Shown: piece by piece, positions 17,507-37,841 of the stretch
How positions within the stretch are numbered: position 1 is the first letter of the stretch
Layout: each line of letters opens with the position of its first letter
Assembly: GCF_009914755.1 (NCBI RefSeq)
Contig: NC_060927.1
Direction: 5' to 3' (one strand)
Length of the DNA stretch: 64,000 bases
Origin: the human T2T-CHM13v2.0 reference genome, Homo sapiens
Made by a program: the position numbers and the translations under genes
Notes under the pieces: model-generated
Told to the model about the DNA's origin: nothing
What the model saw: the letters and a program-made list of their open reading frames with translations, nothing else
The model's database searches: none

Positions 17507-17939
17507 TTAGAAATTAAATTTTCTCAGTTAAATTGTCTAAATGGTAAATATCAAGAGATATAATTAACACAAACCAAAGTGCTCTGGTGGGTATTTTAAA
17601 GAGTGTACAGTTCCTGAGACAAAAAATGTGAAAACTGCTGCTTTTGCTGTAAATACAGGCACAAACTTTAGGGGCTTGTGAATGTCTGATTTGAGCTTTT
17701 ACTTTTTGCCAAGTTTTTATTCTTAAAGGAATCACAGCCCAACTGAGTAAACAATCAGTTAGAAACTGTATAGGGGGTAATTTCCCCAAATTGGGTCTGA
17801 AATACAAGCATAAGATATTCTCTTAACTACAGTCATAATAGTCAAAGGCTTAAGGGAAACCAGAGAGTGAAAGACCCTATTCAGTATAAAAGCGGTCAGA
17901 TTCAGCTCTGCACTGTAGAACAAAACCAGTAAGGCTTAC

Positions 17940-17989
17940 CTGCATGCTATAAGACCCATCATGGTTATACGTTACAGCTATGGCTACAT
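17940..17989 (-). CDS. MCCC1: MCCC1 exon 15 (50 bp) VAIAVTYNHDGSYSMQ
   Basis: Long pyrimidine tract + taaag| acceptor, CAG|gtaagc donor; restores frame into exon 16. Confidence 0.94.
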
Positions 17990-18180
17990 CTTTATGGAAA
18001 AAGGGAAAAAATGAAGAAAAATTAGAAGACATTCATTTATTTAATAACCGAGATATAAAGAATCTCACTCTCAACCTAAAGACAACCAACTATTCAAAGG
18101 AAAATCAACAACTTTGAACTTCTTGGAAATAAAGTATTTTGTTAGAAAAGCATCTGTCAAGCTAGTACCAATAAAGATGA

Positions 18181-19014
<834 letters not shown>

Positions 19015-19108
19015 TTAAATGGGTATAAAAATGTAACAATTATTAAACAAATATGAAAATGCTTTAGAAATGGTAAGACTATATACACCTAATAAATGAT
19101 TCATGTTA

Positions 19109-21328
19109 CAGGCACATCTCACTTTATTGCACATTCTGCAGATACTATGTTTTTTACCTATTGAGTTTGTGGCAACACCATGTCAAGCATAATTTTCCAA
19201 CAGCATGTGCTCACTTCGTGTCTCTATGTCACATTTTTGTAATTCTTACAATATTTAAAACTTTTAAATTATTATATCTGTGACAGTCATCTGCGATCTC
19301 TGATATTACTACTATAATTGTTTTACGGTGCCTCAATCTGCGCCCATGTAAGATAGAGAACTTCCTCAATCAATATTGTGTGTGTTCTTACTGCTCCACT
19401 GACCAGCCATTCCCCTGTCTCTCTCCCTCTCTATGGGTCTCCCTATTCCCTGAGGCAATACAATATTGAAATTAGACTAATTAATAACCCTACAATGGCC
19501 TATAAGTGGTCAAATGAAGAGTTACATGTCTCCCACTTTAAATCAAAAGCTAGAAATGATTAAGTTTAGTGAGGAAGGAATGTCAAAAGCTGAGATAAGC
19601 CAAAAGTTAGGCTTCTGATGCCAAACCACCAAGTTGTGAATGCAAAGGAAAAGTTCTTGAAGGAAGTTAAAAGTGCTTCTCCAGTAAACACATGAAGGAT
19701 AAAAAGGTGAAATAGCTGGGCTGGGAGCAGTGACTCACGCCTGTAATCCCAGTGCTTTGGGAGGCCAAAGCAGGACTGCTTGAGCCTGGGAGTTTGAGAC
19801 CACCCTAGGAAACAAAGCAAGACCCCATCTCTAAAATAATAATAATGATAATAATAAATACTGTGAAACAGCCTTGTTGCTGATATGGAGAAGTTTTAGT
19901 GGTCTGGATAGAAGATCAAACCAGCCACAACATTCCCTTAAGCCAAAGTCAATCCAGAGCAAGGCCCTAACTCTCTTCAATTCAATTAAGGCCAAGAGAA
20001 GTGAGGAAGCTGCAGAAAAAATATTTGAAGCTAGCAGAGACTGGTTCATGAGGTTCAAGATAAAGCAGAAAGTGCTGACAGAGGAGCTGCAGCAAATTAT
20101 CCAGGAGATCTAGCTAAGATAATTGATAAATGTGGCTACAAAAAACAACAGACTTTTAATGGAGACAAAACAGTCTTCTTTTGGAGGAAGATGCCATCTA
20201 GGACTTTCATAGCTGGAGTGGAGAAGTCAATACCTGGTTTCGAAGCTTCAAAGGACAGGCTGACTCTCTTTCTAGGGGTTAATGCAGCCAGTGACTTTAA
20301 GTTGAATTAAATGCTCATTTACCATTCTGAAAATCCTAGGGCCTTTAAGAATGATGCTAAATCTACCTGTGCCCTATAAATGGAACAAAGCCTGGATGAC
20401 AGCACTTCTGTTTACATCATGGTTTACTGAATATTTTAAGCCCACTGTTGAGACCTACTCAATAGTGCTCAGATAAAAAGATTCCTTTCAAAATATTATC
20501 ACTCAATGACAATGCACATAGTCACCACCCAAGGGCTCTGATGGAGACATACAAGGAGATTAATGTTTTCATGCCTGCTAAGACAACATCCTTTCTGCAG
20601 CCCACGGATCAAGGAGTAATTTCAACTTTCAAGTCTTATTAAGAAATATATTTTGTAAGGCAATAGCTGCCATACATTGTGAGTCTTCTGATGGATCTAG
20701 GCAAAGTAAATTGAAAACCTTCTACATGCCATTAAGAACATTTGTGATTCATGGAAGGAGGTCGAATTATCAACATTAACAAGAATTTAGAAGACGTTAA
20801 TGACTCATGGATGACTTTTAGGGGTTCAAAACTTTAGCAGAGGAAGTAACTGCAGATGTGGTAGAAATAGTAAGGGAGCTAGGACTAGAAGTGGAGACTG
20901 AAGATGTGACTGAATTGCTGCATCTCAACAGCACTGCATGCTGCAGAGAAATCTTTCATGAAAGGAAGAGTCAGCAGATGCAGCAAACCTCCTTGGTATC
21001 TCATTTTATGAAAACTGCTACAGTCACCCCAATCTTCAGCAATTGCCACTATAAATCAATCACAGCCATCAACATTGAGGCAAGACCCTATGCCAGCAAC
21101 AAGATTACATCTCACTGGAGGCTTAGATAATCATTAGCATTTTTTTTTAGCCATAAAGCATTTCTTAATTAAGGTATATACATTGTTTTTATTTAGACAT
21201 AATGTTATTGGCACACAATAAAGTATAATATAAACATAACTTTTATATGCATGAGGAAACCAAAAACTTTGACTCACTTTATTGTAGTGGTCTGGAACCA
21301 AACCTGTAATAACTCCAGAGTATGCCTA
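19109..21328 (+). mobile_element. Tigger1 DNA transposon, near full length, decayed transposase; Alu monomer inserted at about 19718-19860
   Basis: CAGGCA.. / ..TATGCCT termini; ORF fragment [29 protein letters not shown] resembles Tigger/TIGD1 transposase. Confidence 0.85.
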
Positions 21329-22200
21329 GATTACATGAGTATGGAAATGGTTGATTATCCGAGGAGACGAAAACCTAAAGTTTTGTGGGGTAGAATATAC
21401 AGGTCAAAATCAATTTGTCTGCTTCTGATACTTCAATGATCATTTTGATGCTGCCAGCTCAAATCTGTTTCCAGCCCCGACATTCCTTCTCCAGGTGACC
21501 TCCGATTATTGTCATTACCAGCTGGATGCTCCACTGGTGACTTAAGACGAACATGGCGGGGCCGACAAATCATCTCCCTCTACCTTCTTCTCCAGACCTG
21601 TGAGCTCCCTGACTGGCATCCCTATGCTCCTTGTCATCCAGGCTTGAAACCTGTCATCCTTGCCTCATCCTCCTTTGTTTTCCACATGCAACATCCATGC
21701 CTCGTACTCCTTCGCTTTTCACATGCAACAGTTTCCACTGCTGGGTTCTGTGAAACATGGCCTCTAGTAGCAGAGAATAGCTTGCAAACCCTGAATACTT
21801 AAAACAGTTGGTCATTCTCACTGAGGTCACTAGAAGTTCTTCTGCTTTAGACTCATAAATGCTTCTGGCATCTTATTTTTTTTTCCTTTTTAAAAATTTT
21901 TATTTTATAAATAGGGACAGTTACTACAAAGCTGCCAAATTCTTCCCTGTCCTATGCATCTCTTCCTTCCATTCCTACTGCTCTACCCTGCCTCAGGCCC
22001 CACTGCCTCAGGCCTGGCTGAATCTGAGGAGGTCCTCTGGGGTCTTCCTGCTTCTCATCTCAATAGTCAGAGCTGATGTTCCGACCCCATTCCAAATACT
22101 TGGCCTGATATTGGAGGCCCCACCCTCTCAGTCTTATTTCCTACCATTCTCCTCCATGGACGGCCTGATGCTCCACCCAAATAGGAAAGTGGGACAATTA

Positions 22201-22638
<438 letters not shown>

Positions 22639-23610
22639 TCACATCAGCCTCACTGTCCTTGGGAAGAGTTGGCCTGGGCAGCTTAATTTCTCCCTCCTCT
22701 GAACATTTAGCCTTCTGCATACAAAACACCCACTATGATTCTCTCCTCATCCTGGTTTACAAAGAGTGATTTTCCTCTCTATCAGTTGTTTCAGAAAAAT
22801 TATCAAAATAAAAATGTTCACAAAAGTCAAATACTAAAGTACAGGAACTCCAGGGCCCGCACTCTTGACCATCATGCTCTCCAGCTTCTCAACATACACA
22901 CTTCCAAATGGCAAATTCCTTAACAGAAAAAAAGCAGGGACAAAGACATTTCCTTCTCTTCTCCACATCACTTGGCATATCTATTTTATCAAAAACTTTG
23001 TATTGAATGTATGAATGAATAAAACTCTCCACCCTATATCATGTCAACAGGCTTTTACTCTTCTTATCAGAAAGTGCCTCCAGTTACACCACGGCCATTT
23101 TCTTTGAATTTATAAAATACGACATGTATTTAACTGGCGCGAATGCCAACAGATCACAGTAAAGACACTACCAAAAAAACTCCTACCCTAGATATCTCTT
23201 GTCACATACAAGAGGACCTTAAACATCCTCTCATGCATTTAAGAAGGTATCAAGTGTGGCACCTGCAGTATTAGGTCAGCACGTGTATCCTGGAGTGTGG
23301 GTTCAAACCCTGACTCCACCAATAACTTCTGGTGTGACTTTTGGAAAATTACTAATCTCTCTGAGCCTTGACCTTGGCTCACAGAGATTAGTAATTTATA
23401 AAGTTCACACTAACAATAACACTAATCTCATTGGCCTGTTCTGAAAATGCAAATGAAACAATCTTTGGAAAGTGTTTAATACAGTATCTGACATAAACCA
23501 AAAACTCAATAAATCTTAGCTATTATCATTGAGTTTAGGCAGGGTTCTGTGAAACGTGGCCTCTAGTAGCAAAGTAAGAATAGCTTGCAAGCCTTGAATA
23601 CTTAAAATAG

Positions 23611-24158
<548 letters not shown>

Positions 24159-24783
24159 TGGTCTCTTAAGCTTCCTGTTTCATGCATTCTATTTAATTGT
24201 GGTCATTGCTTATTAGCATTTTTTGGAGACTTAGCTATGTATCATTTTCTGAAAGCTCTTACATACAGACTTGGATTATTTTCATAGAATACTGCCAAAA
24301 GGGTGTAGTGAACAGCAATCATGTTGGCTTTTCAATTATGTATTTATTTTTTCATGAAAACTTTTTTTAATTCCAAAAAATGCAACATACTTCAAATCAG
24401 TGCTTGGTGCTTTAGTGAAGAGCCATGCCAAATAACACAGTTGGCCTATATGAATTACAATCAAATATGTAATTCTTCTGTTCAATTCAGGTTGAAGAAG
24501 CCAGTGAAACTTTACCGCTTTTGATATTTGCATTCAGCATATAGGAGTCTAGAATAAGATACTTCCAGATTTGGGGGGTTGTATTTTTTAGGATGAAATG
24601 AGCATAAATGGATGGGTTAACCATTTGCAGAATGCTACTATATAAAGATGTTTACAAATTTTCATTATAAAGGCTTAACAATATGCCCAATGCACTTAAG
24701 ATAATGACCATCTAGGCTCAGGATTGAAAAATAACTGAAGAGCTGTAACCCAATAAACTTGTGTGAACAAAATATTTGTTACT

Positions 24784-25082
24784 GGCTGGCATGGTGGCTC
24801 ACGCCTGTAATCCCAGCACTTTGGGAGGCTGAGGTGAGTGGATCATAAGGTCAGGAGATCGAGACTATCCTGGCTAAAATGGTGAAACCCTGTCTCTACT
24901 AAAAATACAAAAACTTAGCCGGGCGTGGTGGTGGGTGCCTGTAGTCTCAGATACTCGGGAGGCTGAGGCATGAGAATGGCACGAACCCAGGAGGTGGAGC
25001 TTGCAGTGAGCCAAGATCGTGCCACTGCACTCCAGCCTGGGCAACAGAGCCAGAGTCTGTGTCAAAAAAAAAAAAAAAAAAA
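24784..25082 (+). mobile_element. AluY-like
   Basis: ATTTGTTACT flanking repeat, long A tail. Confidence 0.9.
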
Positions 25083-26175
25083 TTTGTTACTGGGTGAGTG
25101 TCTTCATAGAGGTGAAGTAAAAGAGATTTTCCTCTGTCCAAGGAAGAGCGTTCTGTGATCAGCTGGTGAAAGTATTCTGCTCTACCTGGGAGGCATATTT
25201 TTATACCAGAACTGTCACAGTTCAATGACATGTCACATTCAAGGTTAGCCAGGATTCTGAGCTCTGACTCTGCCCATTGGGCCTCCCACACAAACTGTCT
25301 CACAGCAGAAGGGATACAGTGACCAGCTATCATAGAATTCTGGTCCTGCTGCTACACTGCTCCAGCCAAAAGTTTATAAACTGCCTTCTGGCTTAAGCGT
25401 CAGCCTCTTTTGACATCAGTTAAAGAAAATCAGTCACTAAGTCGAGCCAACTCAAATTAGTTTACAATCAAAAATCAATTTTCTACTGGAAAAGTGGTGG
25501 AAACAGCCTAAGAGTCAATGTCACAAAGAGTGGGTGTGAATCCTAGTTCTGCCACTCACTAGCCTTGACTAAACTACTTCACTTCTGTGCCTTACCATCC
25601 ATGCTTTCATCTTCCATACGTGGGTATAACAGCGACTCCCCCTCATTTACGTTGTGAAGATAAAAACTTACATCAGATAAGGCACTTAATAAATTACAGC
25701 TCTGCAGTGACCCACTTCCACCTGAAACCCCTGAAACACTGCATGGGCAGTGGGTAATCGTCCCTCTCTGACATAGTTTTGAAAACTGTTTTTCTTATTT
25801 AAAAGTAATACACTCTCGCTGCAGAAAAATTGCAAAGCAAAAAAAAAAGTACAAAGAATTGGGGAAAAAGAGGTTTTTTTGGGCATATTTCTAACATTCT
25901 GGCATATTTCATTTCAGCTGTTTTGCTATGTTTATTTTATGACATATTTTTAGAATATTTACAAAATTTTTAAAAAGTGTAAAGAAGAAAAGCAAATACC
26001 ATCAACTCTACTACCCAGAGCCAATCAATTCTATTATATTGGCATATTTCCCTCCAATGTTTAGCCTAGGCATTTAAAAAATGTAACTGACTGATCATGG
26101 CCAGGCTGGAATCCTCTTTTTCAGATTAATGTGATACATTTCTATGACTCACATTTCTCTTTTAATGAAACATTA

Positions 26176-26328
<153 letters not shown>

Positions 26329-26358
26329 TTACAAAAGAAAACATAAAATGCAAGTGCT

Positions 26359-27329
<971 letters not shown>

Positions 27330-27638
27330 TAAGCTGATGCAATTTATTCTGAACCTCATATCTGTACCAATTATAAACTTTCAAAAGGAAGGTCACAGTA
27401 AGACAACGCTCCATTCTAAAAACGTTAAGGTCAGGCTCAGGAATACCACATGGGACGTATTTAGATGCATTTTCATTCAATGTAAAAGGATAAAATGAGG
27501 ATAGAGCACAAATCTTCTAAAGATGCAGTTTTCGGGACTTAAAACATTTTACATTTTAAGCTTTCCATACAGCTATCTTGAATGAATCTAAATGAATTCA
27601 GAAATTAAAGATTCTAATGATAGGATCCTATAATAATA

Positions 27639-27879
27639 CGGGTTCAGTATCACTTACCCAAAATGCTTGGGACCAGAAGTGTTTTGAATTTCAGATTTTT
27701 TTTTTTTTTTTTGGATTTTGGATTATTTGCATTATATTTAACTGGCTTAGCATCCCTGATCCAAGTATCTGGAATCTGAACTGTTCCAATGAGCATTTCC
27801 TTTGAGCATCATGTTAGTGCTGAAAAAGCTTCCGATTCTGGAGCATTTTGGATTTGGGGATTTGGGATGCTCAAACTGT
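27639..27879. mobile_element. Tigger4a/MER46-like MITE
   Basis: TA-flanked ..GGTTCAGTATC / GATGCTCAAACTG termini, about 240 bp. Confidence 0.7.
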
Positions 27880-28021
27880 ATAGGGTAATATAATAATTAC
27901 CAATAAAAGAGAAAAATAGATCAGATTTTTAAAAATTCTGTTTGCTCCGAAAGTCAGAGCTAGCCTGAAATGCAAAAAGTATGTGAGAGCTGAGATTTTG
28001 TATCAATTTAAAGGGCAGAAC

Positions 28022-28272
28022 TTTTTTTTTTTAATACTTTAAGTTCTAGGGTACATGTGCACAAGGTGCAGGTTTGTTACATATGTATACATGTGTCATG
28101 TTGGTGTGCTGCACCTATTAACTCGTCATTTACATTAGGTATATCTCCTAATGCTATCCCTCCCCCCTCCCCCCACCCCACGACAGGCCCCGGTGTGTGA
28201 TGTTCCCCACCCTGTGTCCAAGTGATCTCATTGTTCAATTCCCACCTATGAGTGAGAACATGCGGTGTTTGG
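28022..28272 (-). mobile_element. 5'-truncated L1PA 3' end
   Basis: Poly-T then AATACTTTAAGTTCTAGGGTACATGTGC; TSD-like TTTAAAG(G)GCAGAACTTT on both sides. Confidence 0.9.
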
Positions 28273-28726
28273 TTTAAAGGCAGAACTTTCTAATGGAGAA
28301 CTGACTGAAACTGTAAGCTACCTGATGAGGTAATGAACTTCCAGTTTCCCAAGGTGTTAGGAAGAAGTTGGGCAACAGCTTAGTGGGTGTGCTGGGGTAG
28401 GGATGCAATGCATATGTGTGGTAGCCAGGATGAACCCCACTATGGCCCTTCCTATGCTTGGATTCTATGACACTATGAAGTCTCTAGGTAGACATTCAAT
28501 CACAGGATGGAAAAAGCGGAAGTAATTCGACAATAAGTCATGGGTAACCCTGGGGAATCTAAGTCTCCAGTCTTAGATTGTCTTGAGACTCTGGGACAAA
28601 GGGAGTTGCTGCAGGTACAGAGGACAAAACAAAGTAGGGCTATGAGGAGTGGCGAACAAAAGAAGTGATAAGAAATTAGTGTAGGATGTGGGGAGAACAA
28701 GTGTTTGACTGAAAAGAGATCCATTT

Positions 28727-29164
<438 letters not shown>

Positions 29165-29272
29165 AAAGAGATCCATTTCTACAATGTTAGGTGATTAGTT
29201 ACACTCCAGTTAATGGGTTAAATAGTGTTTATGGGTGCATCCATGGTAAGTGAAGAGCTTTCCTTCATACTA

Positions 29273-29626
<354 letters not shown>

Positions 29627-31193
29627 CTAGGAAGAGAATAAACCCCCAGTTCCTGCTGAGTGGGGAAAACAATATGTTCAGAAAACCATCTGCTCTTTTT
29701 ATCTAAGTATTTTCTACTGTGAACAACTCTTAGGAAAAATAAAAAACCTACTAAGGTACCATGTGGCAACAGGACAATTCTCAGGAAAAAAAACACAAAA
29801 AAACCATCTCACTATCACTATGTCCATCCGCTATTACTATATCCATCTGGACTTGACACTAAAAATTACATTTTAATATGACAAAGAGGATGCTGGAAAT
29901 ACCGAGGCACTTACTTGACTCAGGTTAGGAACATAATAAATGTTAAGAAACATAAATGAAATTCATTTGCAAGGTATCGAAGACTTGCTGCTCAGAACAC
30001 TTCCACAGAATAGGAAGACTGCAAACAGCAAGCTGGATTGCTATACTGGGGAGAGGATAGGATTAAATGCCCTCAAAAGAGCTTCTTTCCAACAATAAAA
30101 TCCAAATTTTATATACCGATACAAAAATTTTAAAAGGTATAAAATTAACCCAAATACACCAATAAATGGGATCAAAAGTAAAACCAGCTATCTGAGCTTT
30201 GGGTTCATTCATTCACTCATCCATTCCTTCATTCATTTAACAGCCATTTCCTGAGCATCTCTTAAGTGCCAGGCTCTGATCCAGGCACTGGGGACATAGT
30301 GAGGAACAAAACATATGATGTCCCTGCCTTCACAGTCTCTGCTTACATTCTAGGGCAACAAGTAACAATATCTGTAAACAGGTATTGAATATAATGTTAC
30401 ATGCTATGAAGAAAATGAAGGCTGGCTAAGAGGATAAAGAATAACAAAAGGTCATACTTTAAATGGGGCAGCCTGGGAAAGGGCTCAGAGCAGGAGAGCA
30501 GGGTAGTCAGGAGGGAGCCCTGCAATCATGTGGGGGAAGAACATTCTGGAAGATTGGACAGGAATGCATGGCTCCATGCTGAGTGAGTCTCAGAAGCGGT
30601 GAGGCGGCCAGTGTGGTTGGAGCCACAGAGACCAGAGCTTTGATCAATTATTAACAATAACAAGTTGAATAACTGGGTTAATAAATCCTTCTATGAGCCA
30701 AATCAATGTGGTATGGGACTTTCTGCACCAAGGAAATTAATGTTCTACAGAAAAATAACAAACTCTATTAAAGGGATGAAACTGAACATAATTATTTTAC
30801 TTTAGAGAAAAACTACTGGACTGCAGGCATACTGGGTAGCGAAAACAACATTCAGGAAAACATCTGCTTTTATTTCCTAAGTATTTTCTACTGTGGACAG
30901 CTCTTAGGAAAAATAAAAAACCTACGAAGGTACCATGTATAGCTGGCCTTATCTACAGAGTGAATAGGATTTCACCGAAGCATAGCACTGACACTAACAA
31001 TTTTACTTCTGCAATCTTTCTTTTGTAACTGAAATGAAGAAGTCCTCAAACCCTGTTCTGGCCCACGCAAAATTCTCCCATGTGAAACTATTTTGTTTGG
31101 GCAATTGATGGAAATAGAAAATATGCTGACGAGACCAAGGCCCTGCCAAAGACAAAGGCTGACCTCTGGTGCTGACCAAACACATCAAGGTCA

Positions 31194-31412
<219 letters not shown>

Positions 31413-32009
31413 TCACGCTTAATCCTCATAAACCCCTGCATGATAAATAACAACACAAATTTATTCATGAGGACCCTGAGGTTCAGAAGGCTTTGAAAAC
31501 TCACCAGGTGTAACGAGGTGGGCCACCCAACAGCACCAGGCCCTAACGTGGTGATTCAATGGCACACAAGCTGGCTTTCCCCGTCCTATCTTCTTCTGAA
31601 TCTTCTTTTCCCTTCTCATTTTCAAAGTCAACACAATCTCCCTCCACCCTCTCACATTCCCCTCATTTCTGCCCTTAGCATTCCCCTCCCCTCCACTCTT
31701 TCAGTTTCCGTACTAGTCAAGCAAGTTTAATAATTCCTCTGTCCTGCAGGGTTGCTGGGAGGAGTGACAATAAAGTGACAAGTGCCATACCTGGCAAAGC
31801 TGATAAACCAATGGCAGCTATCATCACTGGGATGGTTACAGTCCTAGAGAACAAGAATCTGAACCAGGGCACATTCCACTGGTTAGAAATGGTTCAAGTA
31901 GAAAGGATGTGGTGTGTTGAAAAGAACGTTGTTGCAGGGTCTTTCCAGGATTTTGGCAGGTCACTTGACCTCTTTGAACCCCAGAGTCCTCGTTGATAAG
32001 ATTAGAGGT

Positions 32010-32966
<957 letters not shown>

Positions 32967-33728
32967 TTATATCAGTCTAGTGTGACCTCTTACCCCTGAG
33001 AATTGCTATATCCCATCACTGTATAACTTATTCCAGCAATTGAAATTAAGATGACAGGAGACCGTGGAGGCTCAGAGCACTGACTCTGGAGCAAGACTGC
33101 CTGGGTCTGAATCTTGGCTCCAAGGATGACCTTGGACAAGTCACTTAACTCTTCTGTGCTCCAGTTTCCTCATCTAGAAAACAGGGATGATAATAATGCC
33201 TACTTACAGGGTACTTCTCATGGTGAAAGGAACACAAGTAGAAAAATCACCTAGAGCAGTGCCTGTAAGTAGGAAGTCCTAAATAATCACTAGTTATGAC
33301 CACTGTTATTAATCATATGCTGAACTGTGATAGCTCTTCCACTGTTTCTTTACTTTAATTTTTTTATTGTTTAGCTTATACTAAGTTTATGTGTTAATTC
33401 TCCAACTTGACTTTATGTCCTTTGAAGGCAGTCTGCCTTGTGCATAGCAGATATCAGTCATCTTAAATCATTTTTGGAATGAGGCAAGGTCAAGAACAGT
33501 ACACACAAAATATTTCCTGGTTAGGTTTGACCAAGTACTGCTGAATTTCAAAAAAAAGGAGTCCGTTGTTGAAAAATACTTGTTATTCTTTAAAAATAAC
33601 AATTCCAGAGGCAAAAAGTAATGGTTACTGAGAAATCACTTAAATTCTTTATTTTAAAATATGCTAGACAGTTCTGTAAGACTCAGGGATAAGAATGTGT
33701 CCAAAAACAATAATGTACTAAAAACTTA

Positions 33729-33968
<240 letters not shown>

Positions 33969-35031
33969 TTATGAAATCTACCGTATAGCGGCTACCAGAC
34001 TTAGTAAATCAATGGTCTTGCTTTTTTTCTAGGTAAAATGTACATTTAGGTTTTGCAATGCAGCCAAATAAAAACTATTATTTTGTCTACTCATTTGAGT
34101 ATTGGGCAAAACAAAAAATTAAAAAACAGATGCAGCTTGGCAACAGTCTATCATTTGGGGTATTGGAGTTTTTAAATGGCAAAAGCAGGCAAAGTGATGG
34201 CTAACTTACAAATATAAAAATCAGTGTTTGTTCAATATAATCAAAACCAAAACTTCTTACTAGCAACACACTCTCAGTTTTCATTTAAAACATTAGCACT
34301 TAATTCCCAAATCAATTTTTTTTAAAAAATAGTATATTATTAGTGTTTAGGACTAGATTCACAGCCAAGCAAAAAGTGTAGCTGACATTGTCATCCTACG
34401 CTGTAATCTTCACCAGTAAGTGGGTGATAAAGCAAAACAGAAAGGGGAAAATGATGGTTTTTCAATTTTGTTATGTTGATATGTACTGCATGATACCAGA
34501 TTACAAACAGGGTGATCACTATTGTTTGTTGTTACTATAATTATTACTATTTTAGTTATTATGTACCAATACAACAAATCACTCTCTTCAATTAACTAGT
34601 ATAAATTGGAAATGGCTATTGGAGGACACATTGCACTTTCTCTCTTTACTCTTAAGTTTTTTTCCAAGATGAGAAAATGACAACCTGAGAAAGCAATATA
34701 GATACAGGAAAATCTAGACTCTAAGTAACTTAGCATGACATTGAACTAAACCGGTAAGTATAAAACAGAAGCAAAAGTTTCATTTTTCTGAATCTGTAAA
34801 TATGAAAGATCAGGATGCACAGCAGTTAAGAATGAAAGGAAACGGAACTAGGTAATACCTTTATGGCAGTATATTTTGAAAACACCTCAGGCTCTGCAGA
34901 CAGATTGCCTAGGTTCAAATTTTGTCTCTATACTTACTTTGTCATCTAGACAAGTTTCTTAAGCTTTCCATGCTTCAGAGAAAAGTGTCTGGCATACAGT
35001 CAGCACTATGTTACCTATTATCATTCCATCC

Positions 35032-35173
35032 TTAGGATCTAGAACCAGAAATACCATTTGACCCAGCAATCCCATTACTGGGTATATACCCAAAGGATTA
35101 CAAATCACTCTACTATAAAGACGCATGCATGTGTATGTTTATTGCAGCACTGTTCACAATAGACTTGGAACCA
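35032..35173 (+). mobile_element. Internal L1PA ORF2 fragment without 3' UTR or tail
   Basis: GATCTAGAACCAGAAATACCATTTGACCCAGCAATCCCATTACTGGGTATATACCCAAAGG. Confidence 0.8.
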
Positions 35174-35201
35174 GTTTTTTAACGTTTTAATAAATAATTC
35201 C

Positions 35202-35636
<435 letters not shown>

Positions 35637-37097
35637 CTAACCTTGACATTTTCACCAGCTTTCCCTGAACACTGTTAACTATCTGTATCTGCAGCCTGAA
35701 CCTAGGACACTTACATCAGTCATCATTCAACCCTTGTTCTAGGAAGGCTTGACTGCACAGGCAGGTCCTCGAGCTTAGACTCTTGACTCACCAAATGGTG
35801 AGCCCCTTTGTTTTACCTCTGTTTGAAGGCCAGATGCCAAATGCCTTGAACTCTATAAACCAGGTCCAGCAGCTTCCCTAAGTTCTAGTGTCCCTCCCCA
35901 GATGATAAAAGCTGGCTTCTCTTTCTGAAGAGCCTTGACAAGCTCTTACAAGAAATAGATGTCTGCTGGTTTCCTTAATACCCAAAAGCTTTCTCCTTCC
36001 TTAACCCTTAGAAACCTTTTTTTCTCTTATGATTTCCAAGGTCGAAACTCTCTTGATTTACTGCTTCAGAAAAATTATCCTCCTTTTCCTTGAATTCTGG
36101 AAATATAAACACTCCTTCCAGAAGTTTCCAAAGCCACTACAGTTTTTCTTGACACTCACTAAAACTTACCAGCTTGCTGTGCCTGGTTTTCGTTAACACC
36201 CTAGGATATAGAGCCCTAGAAGAACCTTTTGGCTCAATTAGAACCACCAATCACCCCCAAGGAACCAACAAAAGGAGTATCATATTATTATCTACAGAAG
36301 TTCTGAAAAGATAAAATTACCAAAATAATCAAGATTTTGGCGTCACACCAGGAAAAAACAATTTAGATGCAGGATATACAAGGAACCACGAATCCTACAT
36401 ATATCAGGACCGTCTATATTACTTAACAGATTTTTTTCATGTTAGGAAAAAGAAGGCTAAAGTAAAATCTATTGTTCTTATGAGAACAAAAACAGACTAA
36501 GCTATTATTAATATTTGAGAAGTATGTTTTGTGGAATTCTGGTTTATACCAGTGCTTCTCAAACTATCCATAGTAAAAGAACAGTTATAAACTTACATGT
36601 TTGAAAAATACAGTAGGCATGTCATAGCAATGCCAAAATGCTTTAAAAGTTTCCAAACATTTACTCTGAATGAACATTTACTCATGGGCCCGCAACAGCC
36701 ATAAATCCGCACTTTACTTGGATCATTCTAGACCATCTCCTTGGCTCTTCATTCCCAACTCTGCCTTAGCTCATTTCATCTTGCCTAGTATCTGCCCTGA
36801 TCTGAAACCGAATGATGGCCTGGCCCAGAATGCTGTGGCCTTAGGTAGACCATGAGGCTTTGACCTTGAGGTGATGTGGTTGTGAGCAAGCCCCTGTGAC
36901 ACAATCTCACCTGCTGGCTGCCCGGGCCTAGGGGGAAGTGAATCTGAGTCCCTAAAGTGCCAAAAAAAGCTACAGCATCAAATGTGGCTTCACTTTTAAC
37001 CTCCCATCTTCCTGTCCTCATAACCACCAAGAACTGAACCCCGTCCAAAATGACACCTGTTTTAGGAGGCCAGAAGGTAGTAACCTATTCTCAAGAC

Positions 37098-37282
37098 TGT
37101 TTTGTTGTTGTTGTTGTTGTTGTTGTCGTTGTTGTTGAATTATAGATTCAGGTGGTACACGTGAATGTTTGCTACATGGGTATTTTGCATAATGCTGGGA
37201 TTTGGGCTTCTGATGAACCCATCACTCAAACAGTGAACACGGTACCATTTAGGTAGTTTTTCAGCCCTCACATCCCTCCCAT
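37098..37282 (-). mobile_element. Short L1PB/MA-type 3' end with (TTG)n-degenerated tail
   Basis: L1 3'-end motif; TCAAGACTG repeated on both sides. Confidence 0.65.
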
Positions 37283-37293
37283 CAAGACTGATC

Positions 37294-37841
<548 letters not shown>

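Noticed and set aside
19874-21130. Possible domesticated Tigger transposase (TIGD1-like)
   Set aside because: Fragmented by stops, frameshifts, deletions and an Alu monomer.
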